Below the pieces are notes generated by a model. It was not told the origin of the DNA, did not search any database, and was given only the letters and a program-made list of their open reading frames with translations. This document shows, one piece after another, positions 25,854 to 36,165 of a DNA stretch of 64,000 nucleotides; position 1 is the stretch's first letter; each line of letters opens with the position of its first letter. Source of the stretch: a virus. Lineage: Duplodnaviria; Heunggongvirae; Uroviricota; Caudoviricetes. Position numbers and translations under genes: made by a program. The DNA is taken from the IMG/VR virus record IMGVR_UViG_3300035494_000066; one strand, given 5' to 3'.

Positions 25854-27398
25854 TTATCTTAAAATATTAACATAGTAGGACAGGGTTGCTGGGGCGCCTA
25901 CAGGTGTCGTTGTATAGGCGATTTTAACTTCGCCCGACACTAGCGTTCCTTGTAATACAACTCCAACATTACCTGTTTCGTTATAATCGTCAGTGTATTC
26001 AATATCTGTTCCATCTGATGTTACATGAAATATACCTCGTCGAACTAAGTTGCCTCGTCGGATAGTGTATTTAACTTCAGCGCCGTTAGCATCTAGTACG
26101 TATTGCAATACCTCTGGGATCTGTGTCGGAGTTAACCTACCGTCTAACAATATAACTTGATTACCTGGTGTTTGTTCAAAAATGCCGTGCTTGATCAAAC
26201 CTGACGCTGCTACATAGTAGTTTTCTCTGCCGTTTACATCTACATTAGGAAACACTAGCAGCACAGAAGGCGGCCTATTAAAGACGTCTCCTATACTATA
26301 ATTACCGCTTTGTTCAAATCTAATTACAGATGCTAGCGGATTCGTGTCGCCTTGTAGCCCGTTTGCACACTCTTCAAACGTATTAAACGAGCTTACAACT
26401 GAATTTTTATTATAGCTGTGTATTGCAACATTATAGATGTGACTCAAGTACGAATTAATAATCTTAACGCCCACAGGCCCTTTGTTAGTATACGATTCGC
26501 CTAACTTAACTGCTTTAAATAAACGTGCAAAATGGCTTTTTTCGATTACAATATTGTACATATCGTCGTCAGCTAACACACCATAGATGTTATTATAAAA
26601 CTCACAATTCGAAAAGCTTACATTGTATGTTCGGTTAACAGGTGTACTAGTTAAGAAAACACACGCTGTACTAGAAAAAATCTGATCAGGCACTGTTGAA
26701 AAGTTACCAACAAATTTAACCCAACTAAACTTAGCGTCTTTAATGCTATCTAGTTTAGCCACGTGGTAGTTTGCTTTAGTTTCTAATGTCAGTGAAGACA
26801 CTGAACTATGACCTGGCTGAGTCGCACTGTTTGACCCTATAGCTGGCGCTAACTGCCCCAACGAGTCACTTGTTACAATAACGTAGTCGGTACCAGTCTG
26901 ACGTATTACTGTTGAGTCTGGGCCAGCGCCGACTAATTTTGCATACGTAGGAAGGCGGATCGCTTTTGTTATGTTGTACACACCAGGTGGGAAGAACAAG
27001 GTACGGCGGCTTTTTGGGTTATGCTCGCGGATGAATAGCTGGGTTATTGCAGCATGTATGGCATCTGTGTCATCTGCAGATCCGTCACCGACGGCTCCGA
27101 AATCAGTAACACTTACATATTCGTCTAACTTATCCTGAAGGCTTCGGGGTTTAGTATTTTGTACCGAGTACCCAGCCCGGGCCCCTTTGTATGTATAGCT
27201 CGAGACTAGTCCCAAAATATCACTGTATTCTGTTAAAATCTCAGTATTGCCGACTTCTGGGGCGCCTTCTGCAATACTTCCGTTACCGATATAAAGCTTT
27301 CGTTTATCAATTACCCACCCAAACTCTGCGCTTGCTAGTTGGGGTAGATTTTCTGACAGGCCGCGGCGGTGTTGAATCCGACTGATTTGCGTAATCAC
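25854..27398 (-). CDS. tail fibre/spike protein: Mtd_N-like N-terminus plus pectate-lyase-like beta-helix
   Basis: IQHRRG...L...EFGW..D.RKLYIG; SVTDFGAVGDGSADDT.AI...LFFPPG.Y. Confidence 0.75.
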   Translation of the reverse strand: MITQISRIQHRRGLSENLPQLASAEFGWVIDKRKLYIGNGSIAEGAPEVGNTEILTEYSDILGLVSSYTYKGARAGYSVQNTKPRSLQDKLDEYVSVTDFGAVGDGSADDTDAIHAAITQLFIREHNPKSRRTLFFPPGVYNITKAIRLPTYAKLVGAGPDSTVIRQTGTDYVIVTSDSLGQLAPAIGSNSATQPGHSSVSSLTLETKANYHVAKLDSIKDAKFSWVKFVGNFSTVPDQIFSSTACVFLTSTPVNRTYNVSFSNCEFYNNIYGVLADDDMYNIVIEKSHFARLFKAVKLGESYTNKGPVGVKIINSYLSHIYNVAIHSYNKNSVVSSFNTFEECANGLQGDTNPLASVIRFEQSGNYSIGDVFNRPPSVLLVFPNVDVNGRENYYVAASGLIKHGIFEQTPGNQVILLDGRLTPTQIPEVLQYVLDANGAEVKYTIRRGNLVRRGIFHVTSDGTDIEYTDDYNETGNVGVVLQGTLVSGEVKIAYTTTPVGAPATLSYYVNILR

Positions 27399-27420
27399 GT
27401 AATAAATCCTCTATTTGTTG

Positions 27421-27426
27421 TATTTA
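27421..27426 (-). promoter_or_regulatory. late promoter core TAAATA
   Basis: 22 nt upstream of the tail spike start. Confidence 0.65.
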
Positions 27427-27432
27427 TTTGAA

Positions 27433-28134
27433 TCACGCGATCAGTTTAGAGTAAAACTGCTCGAGCTTGCTGAGCCACAAAGACACATAATAATCCCAGT
27501 CGGCGCCTTCTAGAACCCATTGTTGAAAATCTAGTTGCTGACTGCACATTAGAATGACACCTGTTTTTATATCAGTGCCGTAGACTTCGTTGTGCGCAAG
27601 AGCATATGCTACTAACTGGATTTTATAATCGTGCACACGATCATCAGTTTTAGGTTTTAACGTTTGCTTAAAATCGATAATCGCCGGGTTGCCGTTCCAC
27701 TGACCAACTAAGTCAGTTGTTCCTGCATATAATCCCGGAAAATACAGCGGTACTTCTACACCCCATATTTCGTCAAGGTTCGACATCCCTTCTTTAATTA
27801 TGCAACTTGCCATATTTGCGCTAAGACGGCGGATGAAATTTCCTTTAACTTCGGGCTCAGCGTCCGACAGTGCGTAGTTCTCAAGATGCTCGTGCATGAA
27901 CGTACCAACATTAGCAGCATCGTTGGTTATTTTTGCTGCTGCTTCATGGCCGATTCGGTCTCGCCAATTTTGTAAGGCTGCTGCGGCTTGTGCGTCCTTT
28001 GTTGCACTAAGAATAGTAGTAACGCTAGGTAAGGACTCGCCTGCAGGTGTTACGTATTGTCGACCGTTCGGCGAGTCTGTTCTGTTGAGCTTATGGTATT
28101 GGATTTTATCAATGATCATATAATAATTATACAA
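27433..28134 (-). CDS. PD-(D/E)xK exonuclease (Cas4/YqaJ-like) of T4-like phages
   Basis: LPSVTTIL, GT.MH..LE, EV.L, YAGTTD, IIDFK, QLVAY. Confidence 0.85.
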   Translation of the reverse strand: MYNYYMIIDKIQYHKLNRTDSPNGRQYVTPAGESLPSVTTILSATKDAQAAAALQNWRDRIGHEAAAKITNDAANVGTFMHEHLENYALSDAEPEVKGNFIRRLSANMASCIIKEGMSNLDEIWGVEVPLYFPGLYAGTTDLVGQWNGNPAIIDFKQTLKPKTDDRVHDYKIQLVAYALAHNEVYGTDIKTGVILMCSQQLDFQQWVLEGADWDYYVSLWLSKLEQFYSKLIA

Positions 28135-28491
28135 TCATTGTCGTTTCCGTAAAGCTCTTTTTGCCATCGTGTCAACTTTGTCAACAGACGGTAAATCAGC
28201 ATTGTCGGGATTTGACTGATCAACGTTGTTAGTGTCCCCGTACGGGTCGATAGTAATAGTATCTGCGTTAAAGTTCTTAATCAAGTCCTTAACTTCGCGG
28301 TTATTGTCGTACAGTGACTTAAATGATTCAAAATCAATTGACCCACCGAAGTTACTCATCATGTACGACAGCGCCGGAAACGATATTACTGCGGGTTTTT
28401 TATTCTTTGCAGCACGTTGTCGTAAGAAGTTTAGTACAGTTAACAACTGCGTCAAGACTTCGCCCGAACTGTCAAACTCTACTAGTCGCAT
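28135..28491 (-). CDS. hypothetical protein
   Basis: 118 aa, coupled to neighbours. Confidence 0.7.
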   Translation of the reverse strand: MRLVEFDSSGEVLTQLLTVLNFLRQRAAKNKKPAVISFPALSYMMSNFGGSIDFESFKSLYDNNREVKDLIKNFNADTITIDPYGDTNNVDQSNPDNADLPSVDKVDTMAKRALRKRQ

Positions 28492-29222
28492 TAGTCACGC
28501 TTTTCCCGGCCTAGTTCTGCTTCGCCGCCTGATGCAGCAACACTAGCATCAAACTCGTCAGCTGGTTCATCGTCAGCTGGTTCATCGTCAGTCTCAACGT
28601 CGCTATCGACATCTAAGTCTAAGTCGTCAACTGCATTAGACGCAATCTCATCGCTTAGGTCTGAGTCAGAATCTCCCATATCTGGCGCTTCTTCGCCGGC
28701 AATGATTCGGCTAGCTAAGTCTAGTCCTTCACGCGCAGTTGTTACATCAGTTAGTGCTTGCTCTAAAGTTGCTTTAGCTTTTGCAGCAAACGCTTCTGCT
28801 ACTTCGGATCCAACTTCGCTACGCATATCATCAACTAGCGGGTACAAGTCTTCATTCAGCATTTTGCTGATATCCTCGACCATTTTTTGCATGCGGTCAA
28901 CAAAGTCTTTACTTGCTAGCAAAACTTCTGCAGTGCTAGCATCGGATTCTGTTAGCTTTTCAGTAGCCGTTTCTTTTTCTTGAATGTACAGCGAGAGCGC
29001 TTCTGCAATAGTAAGTCGCTTTAAGAACTCAGGATTGCGTTCTGCATTTGCGTACCCTGCAGTCTGGCGGAATTTTTCTAAGCTTTCGTTCATTGCTGAT
29101 AGCATTTTTGTTGCTTTTTTAAGAGTTAAATTACTAGTTTCAAACGTATATCCGAAACGAGAATTTAAAGACTTTTGCACGCTCTCAAAAGTATGCTGTT
29201 TACCGATTTGATTCAATTTCAT
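28491..29222 (-). CDS. hypothetical protein, acidic tail, possible head-internal/scaffold protein
   Basis: LTES motif, helical, D/E-rich C-terminus; late promoter at 29255-29260. Confidence 0.6.
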   Translation of the reverse strand: MKLNQIGKQHTFESVQKSLNSRFGYTFETSNLTLKKATKMLSAMNESLEKFRQTAGYANAERNPEFLKRLTIAEALSLYIQEKETATEKLTESDASTAEVLLASKDFVDRMQKMVEDISKMLNEDLYPLVDDMRSEVGSEVAEAFAAKAKATLEQALTDVTTAREGLDLASRIIAGEEAPDMGDSDSDLSDEIASNAVDDLDLDVDSDVETDDEPADDEPADEFDASVAASGGEAELGREKRD

Positions 29223-29250
29223 TATATTATCCTATAACCTAAAAGTATTT

Positions 29251-29700
29251 TTAATATTTAGTCGATAACAGACGTTTATTATACTGTTCTGCACTGTATA
29301 TCGTGTTGTTTAATACATACTGAGCTTCGCTTAAGCGATCTAAGAATACATCCGCGTCTGCATACTTTTTAGCAGCAATATTAGCACGAACAATAGAAGA
29401 GTATCGAAATGCATCTTGCTTCGATTTAGTTACTCGCTTGTCAAGCATGTTAAAATACGACAACCCAGTTACTGCTGCAGGGTACCCTTTAGCAAAACAC
29501 ACTGCGATTGACTTGTTGTCAAACGATGCTATTACTTCGGTACCGATGCTTACGATGTATTTGGTACCGTTAAGCGTTATGTCTAACTGACCTACCCGAA
29601 TACTATCACCATCTGTAATCATTACGTCAGGGAGATTGCGCAACTGTTGCGACTCTTTAGCAATAAACCGTTCAACGACTAACGTGAGCTTGGATAACAT
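29251..29700 (-). CDS. hypothetical protein
   Basis: 149-aa ORF. Confidence 0.65.
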   Translation of the reverse strand: MLSKLTLVVERFIAKESQQLRNLPDVMITDGDSIRVGQLDITLNGTKYIVSIGTEVIASFDNKSIAVCFAKGYPAAVTGLSYFNMLDKRVTKSKQDAFRYSSIVRANIAAKKYADADVFLDRLSEAQYVLNNTIYSAEQYNKRLLSTKY

Positions 29701-29887
29701 ACCCTATATCTCCGCCGATACTTTTTCTCTCAACAAGCGACTTAGCTATTAAGCGGTCGACTAATTTTGCATCAGACTCCGACAGCTCGCTATACCTAAC
29801 TGGCTGTTTATACTCTATTATATTAAACAAATTGTACTCAGCTAATGTAACATACACTGATGCGTTTTTACCTAACTTTAATTTCAT
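29672..29887 (-). CDS. hypothetical protein (winged-helix-like)
   Basis: 71 aa; TAAATA at 29897-29902 upstream. Confidence 0.6.
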   Translation of the reverse strand: MKLKLGKNASVYVTLAEYNLFNIIEYKQPVRYSELSESDAKLVDRLIAKSLVERKSIGGDIGYVIQAHVSR

Positions 29888-29891
29888 CGAT

Positions 29892-30179
29892 TTACCTATT
29901 TAATGATTGAACTCGACGACTTGCCGGATTAACTCGCTTAGTGCGCTTAGCTTTTCTTGCCATCCGTTTTCCAAGTCGGGCTTTGGTTAGTTTAAGTTTT
30001 AGCCGCTTCTTAATATCAGGTGCAGCAAAACACTGACTAGGCGATGAAACAACTCTACCTTTACGTTTTCCACTAGTGCAGCGATATTTTCTAACTGCTT
30101 TGCCGCCGCGGCGCGCCCATGCTATTTTTGCTTCGGCTATTAGCACAGATGACGTTACAATTTCTTCTATTAACATCAA
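29892..30179 (-). CDS. small very basic protein (candidate internal head/DNA-binding protein)
   Basis: LIAE then K/R-rich body with two Cys; TAAATA at 30196-30201. Confidence 0.7.
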   Translation of the reverse strand: MMLIEEIVTSSVLIAEAKIAWARRGGKAVRKYRCTSGKRKGRVVSSPSQCFAAPDIKKRLKLKLTKARLGKRMARKAKRTKRVNPASRRVQSLNR

Positions 30180-30190
30180 GCTTGCTCCTT

Positions 30191-30688
30191 TTATGTATTT
30201 ATTCGTTTAGTTATATAAAAATTTGTTGCTAAGCCAGTTGTAACAATCACCGGTGGGTCGATTTTAATAGACTCAGTTAAGTTAACAGACACAGGTAAAA
30301 GGTTTATGTCGTCGAGTGCAAGGCCGGCTGGATTGTCTGACGATGCTATAGTACACTCGCGGTCCATGCACATGTAAAAGTGCCAAACTCGTAAAGTTCC
30401 AGTATAGTTAGTACCGAACATAAAATCCGGTGCCGGGCCTGTGATCACAGTCGGTTTTGATACTTTTGCAGGTGTTGTCCGAAGCATAAGAGTTTGCAAC
30501 ACAACATCGTAGTTACGCTGTTGTGCTCTGGCCAAGTTCCATTTAGCCGCTGTTGACAAGATATCACCAGTGTCTGTAATAACGCAGCCGTTTTCTGGAT
30601 TGTATAGCTTAGTAATGCCAGATGCTGTTATGTCAACTAAACAGTAACAATCAAATACTTCTGCGTACTCGTGTGTAATTGGTTCCAT
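30191..30688 (-). CDS. hypothetical protein, probably leaderless late transcript
   Basis: TAAATA ends 5 nt before the ATG; no SD. Confidence 0.7.
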   Translation of the reverse strand: MEPITHEYAEVFDCYCLVDITASGITKLYNPENGCVITDTGDILSTAAKWNLARAQQRNYDVVLQTLMLRTTPAKVSKPTVITGPAPDFMFGTNYTGTLRVWHFYMCMDRECTIASSDNPAGLALDDINLLPVSVNLTESIKIDPPVIVTTGLATNFYITKRINT

Positions 30689-30705
30689 ATTAATATTTAA
30701 CCAAT

Positions 30706-30729
30706 AAAAAAGCCCACAACTGCGGGCTT
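30706..30729 (-). terminator. Rho-independent terminator
   Basis: AAGCCCGCA-GT-TGTGGGCTT followed by TTTT. Confidence 0.75.
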
Positions 30730-30749
30730 AGTGGTTGTTAGTATGTAGC

Positions 30750-31034
30750 TTAGAAACTAACAGTTGATACGTTAAACGCACCAGCATAGCTATTATCAGC
30801 TACATCAGCAATATCAGCACCACTGATGATCATGTTAACTTCAGTGCTTGTACCTGCAGTAAAATCGCCAACAACTTCAACAGTTGCAACAGTTTGTACT
30901 GCTTGTACTAGGGCATCTAGTTCAACTTGAGAAATAGTTGCAGTGCCGTCTTTAGTGAAGCCTTTGAAGAATAGATCGCGGCCTACAAATTCGCCTGATG
31001 CTGCAAAGCCGTGTGCTTTAGTAAGTTCTGCCAT
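30750..31034 (-). CDS. small, probably abundant virion protein (decoration-like)
   Basis: Own late promoter (31068-31073), SD AGGAG and own terminator; A/V/T/G-rich. Confidence 0.6.
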   Translation of the reverse strand: MAELTKAHGFAASGEFVGRDLFFKGFTKDGTATISQVELDALVQAVQTVATVEVVGDFTAGTSTEVNMIISGADIADVADNSYAGAFNVSTVSF

Positions 31035-31075
31035 TTTTTAATCTCCTAAAATGATTATTTTGTAAAGTATTTATC

Positions 31076-31711
31076 TTATTTAATATTTTTTCCTAAGGCA
31101 TAGCCAGCAGCAAACGCTATTGCTGCTTTGGCTGCTAAGCTCATGCCTTTTTTACCCGGATCTTTTGTTGCGTTCGAGAATGTTGCGTACAGATCTGATC
31201 GCTTACTGTGCTGTTTAAACTGCCGATGTAACATGCCAACAACTTGCTTGCGCTCAGACTCCGACAAGTCGATCCAATTTTGTGCGCCTCTTCGTGCCCG
31301 TTTTATGTAACTATCGTCTACCTTTAAGTAGCGCTCGACTTTAAAAAGGATTTCAGAGGTAGTTGATTCGTTGTACACCTCACGCGCCATTTCTCGGAGA
31401 TACTGCTTTAACTGTAGCCCCGGGATCGAAACGTCTGCAGGAATGTCCAACTCGTCGCTTTCGCGTGACACAATAACTGACACAAGATTATGCAAGTCTG
31501 TTGCACCCGGCTTGATGCTGCTAAAATCACCTAGGGAGATTGTATTAGAAGCATACTTTGCTGCTGCAGCAGGATCTAAATGACGTATAATCTCTAGTGC
31601 TAGCAAGTGTGTCATTATCATATTCTTAACAGCATCTATGCTATTAGGAATATTTCGTTCGTTACGAAGCAATCTTGCCTCGGTTAATTCTTTTCGTATA
31701 AAGTCAAACAT
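31076..31711 (-). CDS. hypothetical protein with ELTEA N-terminal motif
   Basis: 211-aa ORF. Confidence 0.7.
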   Translation of the reverse strand: MFDFIRKELTEARLLRNERNIPNSIDAVKNMIMTHLLALEIIRHLDPAAAAKYASNTISLGDFSSIKPGATDLHNLVSVIVSRESDELDIPADVSIPGLQLKQYLREMAREVYNESTTSEILFKVERYLKVDDSYIKRARRGAQNWIDLSESERKQVVGMLHRQFKQHSKRSDLYATFSNATKDPGKKGMSLAAKAAIAFAAGYALGKNIK

Positions 31712-31714
31712 ATG

Positions 31715-33367
31715 TTACCACGATTTTTGTGCCGTAAAATTTTGCTTACTAAACTCAAGCCGGTCAACTAGTTTAACTGCATTACCTTTACTAATTGCAA
31801 CAAATCCTTCAGGGTTTGCTACTTCGTACCCATTATCTGTTTTAAAGAACGTGCCGATATTATCAATCTTCTGCAACTTTTTAAGTAGCATCAACTTTAA
31901 TTGGATAATAGCTTTATATATTGTAATTATTTTAACTAGTGTGTCAAGGTTTTTATTAACAAACTCTTCTTGGCGCCGAATCATTTCTAGGCGGCGCTGT
32001 CCTGCTGCTCCTTCGGCGCCAGTTTTTAACTTAGCAATTTCGTTCTCAAGCTTACTTTTATAAAACTCGTAAAAGCCTTTTATAAACGCTTTAGGATCGC
32101 CGACTGTCTCGCCTGATCGAACTCTAGAGTTCATATACACTTTAAGAACAGGAGCAACATCTGGGTTTGTTATAACATCAAATTCCGCGCGGGGCACTGT
32201 TTGCAGCAATTTACCTATCTTAGTAATGTATCCATTGAAGATCCGTTGTTCGTCGTTGGTTAGCGTTGCTACACCTGTCAGGTCTTTATAAGTTGCATCA
32301 TCAAACCAGACGTTTGAACTCTGTTTAAGAGGCGACACATCAACACCGAATTCTGCATTCATTGACTCTAGACTAGATCCTGTATATCCTGTGTGGAATA
32401 CAATTCCAATCTTAGCAGTTTTAATCTTTCGCCCTAGAGCACTGTCTTTGGGGACAACATATGATATAGTATTCGGTGTAAACACAACAGACGGTTCACC
32501 GCCCACTGTTGCTTCCTCTAGGTCGGAATCAATGAACATTAAATCGCCCTGTAGTACACCGTCGATGCCTAACTCTTTGAGATATGTAAATGCATACATC
32601 AGCTTCTGGCGCAGGCCCGGCTTATCTCCATACAGTTCATCTAAGTCCTCGGTGCTTTTTATAAGCTTAGGATTCTTTGCAAATACACCTTTTGTACCAA
32701 CAAAAAACTTCCCGTCAGACGGATCAGTTCCTACAAACACTGCAGGCGCGCCGTCCCACTTTACAGTAATTTTATGCTCTGAATCGGCGTTGCCTTGCTC
32801 AATTACGTCAACAATGTTGTCAATAAATGTTAATGCCGACACTGCACCCGAATACCCCCGATCAAAGATCATATCTTCGATGTGCTCTAGGTGTAAGTTC
32901 TTACCGTCCTTAGACTCACATACAACTTGCCACAACGGCACTGGGGACTTTTCTGTCAGAACCTTAGATTCTTTGATAACGCTAACATCGACATTTTTAC
33001 TAGCTAAGTAATCCTTTACTGCCCGACTAACTGCCTTAATTAGAGACTGGGTCTCAAAGCTTGCTGGTATGTGTCTACCCGGGTTAAACACGTTCCCGAA
33101 CATCTTTTTGCCCCATTTGATGTACGCATTGCGGCGTTCTTGTTTTAGTTTACTAGTGTCAACGTTCACTAACGCAGTTGCTTGTTCTTTAAACCAATCA
33201 GCTAGGGCGCGTTGCTGTAACGCTTTGTGCCGCTTAACAACAGCTCTAGGATTGTTAACCTTATCATGTTGTTGCTGTGCTTGTCGCTTAGCACGCTGCT
33301 CAGCCCGGCGTGCGCTAATTGTCGCTAGCGACTCTGGAGTAAACTCATCATATAACGATTTCTTCAT
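31715..33367 (-). CDS. DUF6267-like conserved T4-like protein with a basic N-terminal extension
   Basis: HLEHIED, TVKWDGAPA, FFVGTK, LQGDLMF, FTPNTI.Y, EGFV, KLVDRLEFS; late promoter 33390-33395. Confidence 0.75.
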   Translation of the reverse strand: MKKSLYDEFTPESLATISARRAEQRAKRQAQQQHDKVNNPRAVVKRHKALQQRALADWFKEQATALVNVDTSKLKQERRNAYIKWGKKMFGNVFNPGRHIPASFETQSLIKAVSRAVKDYLASKNVDVSVIKESKVLTEKSPVPLWQVVCESKDGKNLHLEHIEDMIFDRGYSGAVSALTFIDNIVDVIEQGNADSEHKITVKWDGAPAVFVGTDPSDGKFFVGTKGVFAKNPKLIKSTEDLDELYGDKPGLRQKLMYAFTYLKELGIDGVLQGDLMFIDSDLEEATVGGEPSVVFTPNTISYVVPKDSALGRKIKTAKIGIVFHTGYTGSSLESMNAEFGVDVSPLKQSSNVWFDDATYKDLTGVATLTNDEQRIFNGYITKIGKLLQTVPRAEFDVITNPDVAPVLKVYMNSRVRSGETVGDPKAFIKGFYEFYKSKLENEIAKLKTGAEGAAGQRRLEMIRRQEEFVNKNLDTLVKIITIYKAIIQLKLMLLKKLQKIDNIGTFFKTDNGYEVANPEGFVAISKGNAVKLVDRLEFSKQNFTAQKSW

Positions 33368-33402
33368 TACTATCTAACCTTTTAGTACTTATTTAACCGT
33401 TT

Positions 33403-33648
33403 TCAATTGTCTCTACTCTTGCGAATAGCACGTTGAAATTTCTTCGAATCCCTGCCACGAATACTGTTAATTAGCCGGCGTTCGAGTTCACCTGCGGTGC
33501 TGTCGTCATACGTTTCGCGCACATGATTTAAAAAATTGATAGCACTTTCGATTATATGGATTCCGCGATTTTCCATGACGTGCGACTCGTCATGGCGCTC
33601 TGCTAAACTTTCTAATTCTTCTAATAGGCTTCGGGTTTGGCGTTTCAC
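33403..33648 (-). CDS. conserved hypothetical protein
   Basis: 81 aa; TAAATA 33671-33676 formed from the helicase stop codon. Confidence 0.7.
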   Translation of the reverse strand: MKRQTRSLLEELESLAERHDESHVMENRGIHIIESAINFLNHVRETYDDSTAGELERRLINSIRGRDSKKFQRAIRKSRDN

Positions 33649-33673
33649 TCAGATGTTCCTTCTATTACAATAT

Positions 33674-35086
33674 TTAGTCCGAATTGCCCTTAAGGCTTGC
33701 TATCATCCCGGCTAGCTTAGCACTCTGCACGTTGCCCGAAATCTTTGCAGTCGACTGCGTTGACGCAATAGACGACGGTTTTGTTGTCGTTGCTCCGGAC
33801 TCGGCTGACTGTTTAATTTTTGCATAGATTGCAGAGTTAGGAGCTCCGTTATCGCTGTCTGCTTGAAACATGTCGGTAATTCGAAGTGTGTCTATGTTAA
33901 ACGCTAAATCAACTTTAGACCCAACGCCAGATGAGCTTCGCGTTTTAATTAACTGTAACTGATACTGCCCTCGTTCTCTCATTGAACGAGAAGTGTATAT
34001 TGCAAATACGTTGTCTGCAGTGTTGATCTTCGAGATACCGCCTGCGATGTGACTGTGGTCTAGTTCGATTTCTTCTACAGCACTACGGTTTAACTGAGAC
34101 GCTGTAACTAGAAGGAGACCTAGTTCTTTTGACAAATTACGCAGCTCTTCCGAAACATACTTATCTTTAATAAACTGATCGTTTGGATTTACTTTAACAC
34201 TAACCGGCATCAATAGATCCAGATAGTCGACCATGATAAAATCGAGCTTGCAGCCTTTTTGTATCTGCAGTTCTTTTAAGTAGCTCCGAATGTCATTAAT
34301 GGTACTCTGGGCCGGCATGTACTTAACCCACAAGTCGCCAGCTGATCTCGATTTCATTTTAACTTTAAGCGCAACATCATCTGCAGACTTGAGAATTTCG
34401 CGGCTAGGTACTTCAGACACCATCGAGTCTATACGCATTGAACAAAGCTCTTCACTAAGTTCTAAAGTAATGTATACGCCTGTTAATCCTGCTAGCATCC
34501 AGTTAACTGCAATGTTTTGCATAAAAAGCGACTTACCAGAGCCAGAGCCGCCTGCAAAAATATTAAGCTCGCCTCGATTAAAACCACCGTATAGTTTAGC
34601 GTCTAGCGCAGACCAACCGGTCGACAGTTGCCCGTTGTTATCTCTGATCTTAGACAGTCGACCAATCGGGTCTTCTGCATATAATGTTCCTAAGTCTTTT
34701 GTTAAGCTAATCTGTACAGCATCTTTAACAAGTTTCTCAACCGGCGAATAGTCGCCTTTTTCGATCATGTCAGCTGCTTTAAGAATTGCCCGTTCTAACT
34801 CGTACCGCTTGGTAAATTGCTCAAACTCAGTAAGGAACCAATCTAAGTGACCGTCGTTGAACTCTTCTACTTTTGTTAACTTTGTGCCGCACTTTGCATT
34901 AACTTGCTGTACTGTTGGCATAGTAGAGTGCGACTCTGCATGCTCTTTAATAAACGTTGCGGCTTTTTGTAAGCTCTTGTCGAAGTTTTCGGTATTAAAT
35001 ATATTCTGTACACGAACAAATGCATGCGGGTCGTGTAACATAAGTTCTAAAAATAACTTTTGTAAATCTGGATTGTATTCGGCCAT
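33674..35086 (-). CDS. gp41: replicative DnaB-like helicase (T4 gp41)
   Basis: AGGSGSGKS Walker A, TLELSE, MVDYLDL, TASQLNR, GGISKINTAD. Confidence 0.93.
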   Translation of the reverse strand: MAEYNPDLQKLFLELMLHDPHAFVRVQNIFNTENFDKSLQKAATFIKEHAESHSTMPTVQQVNAKCGTKLTKVEEFNDGHLDWFLTEFEQFTKRYELERAILKAADMIEKGDYSPVEKLVKDAVQISLTKDLGTLYAEDPIGRLSKIRDNNGQLSTGWSALDAKLYGGFNRGELNIFAGGSGSGKSLFMQNIAVNWMLAGLTGVYITLELSEELCSMRIDSMVSEVPSREILKSADDVALKVKMKSRSAGDLWVKYMPAQSTINDIRSYLKELQIQKGCKLDFIMVDYLDLLMPVSVKVNPNDQFIKDKYVSEELRNLSKELGLLLVTASQLNRSAVEEIELDHSHIAGGISKINTADNVFAIYTSRSMRERGQYQLQLIKTRSSSGVGSKVDLAFNIDTLRITDMFQADSDNGAPNSAIYAKIKQSAESGATTTKPSSIASTQSTAKISGNVQSAKLAGMIASLKGNSD

Positions 35087-35094
35087 GCTTCTCC

Positions 35095-36123
35095 TTAATC
35101 TGTTTTCATTTTCTTTGCTAGCAACTGGATCTTGAGCGGGTTTTTTTCTGCATTTGCAATAATGCTAGCAACCGTAAATAACTTGCCATACCGTTCTACT
35201 GCTGCAGCGCAATCTTTAACGGTTTCGAACCAGTCTGGAAAAGACACTTCCCAGCCGTACTCTAACGCTGCATTTACCATCTCTTTACCAGCTTTATCGT
35301 TATCAGGCACGACGATGACCCTCTTATGAAGCATCTCGATGATAGATGCTTGCTCGTCGCTAATTTCGTTACCTAATCCAGAAACTCCGCCGATCAGCAG
35401 TGCGTCAATAATACCCTCAACAACTATAACTACCTCACGGTCATCTGTTTGCGCATCAATATTAAAAACAAAGTCACTCGGTGTCTGTGCAAAATATTTA
35501 GGCCTTACATCTTGTTTTATGTGTCTGGCTACCCACCCTACAACTTTATTATGATAATAACAAGGGATAATTAATCGTTCTTTAAGAGGAACAACCTGAT
35601 TTCCTAAGATGTAGTTAGCCGGAGACCACTTTACTTCAGGACCTGAGAGCAATCGGCTATGAGAATACTCAGTTACTGCACTAAATGCTCTTTCTTCGTA
35701 GGTAGGATTGTCACTTAATGTCCACGCAGATGCAGGAATATCAACACACTCCGGGAGCTCAATTTCCGGAAATTCGGCAATCGGCTTTTCGATTAATTCG
35801 CCAACGTCAATTATATCTTGTCGTATTCGCATCGACTCGAATACTGCCCGGTTTATATTTGCTTCGTTTGCGCCTAGCCAAGACAGCAGTTTTCGTAATT
35901 TATAAGGTAGGTGCCAACCTGGCCGCCATGTTACCTTATACTTACAGTTAAAACACTGATACGCTATACCAGTCGAGTCTAAATGTGCGCCGCCGCGGCT
36001 TCTAGTGTCTGGTCGATGCCCCCGGTGTTGACAACACGGTGCATTAAAGCTTATCCATCCTTTTGGCGAAGTACGACGGCGGGCTGGTAGAGAATCTAGA
36101 AGAAGGGATTGTACATAGTTCAT
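35095..36123 (-). CDS. gp61: DNA primase (T4 gp61-like)
   Basis: N-terminal Zn finger (CCQH...CFNC), RLIIP, Toprim VEGIIDA, PDND, KD. Confidence 0.9.
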   Translation of the reverse strand: MNYVQSLLLDSLPARRRTSPKGWISFNAPCCQHRGHRPDTRSRGGAHLDSTGIAYQCFNCKYKVTWRPGWHLPYKLRKLLSWLGANEANINRAVFESMRIRQDIIDVGELIEKPIAEFPEIELPECVDIPASAWTLSDNPTYEERAFSAVTEYSHSRLLSGPEVKWSPANYILGNQVVPLKERLIIPCYYHNKVVGWVARHIKQDVRPKYFAQTPSDFVFNIDAQTDDREVVIVVEGIIDALLIGGVSGLGNEISDEQASIIEMLHKRVIVVPDNDKAGKEMVNAALEYGWEVSFPDWFETVKDCAAAVERYGKLFTVASIIANAEKNPLKIQLLAKKMKTD

Positions 36124-36129
36124 TGTACT

Positions 36130-36158
36130 AGTTTAATACCAATGTTGTATACAGTCAA
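36130..36158 (-). promoter_or_regulatory. sigma70-type promoter TTGACT-17-TAAACT for primase-helicase
   Basis: Direct reading of the intergenic gap. Confidence 0.55.
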
Positions 36159-36165
36159 ACGGTTT

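Noticed and set aside
25854-27398. Diversity-generating retroelement target, suggested by the Mtd_N-like N-terminus
   Set aside because: No reverse transcriptase and no template/variable repeat pair were seen in the window.
28555-28591. 15-nt tandem repeat TCGTCAGCTGGTTCA
   Set aside because: It simply encodes the acidic DEPAD-DEPAD low-complexity tail of the protein.
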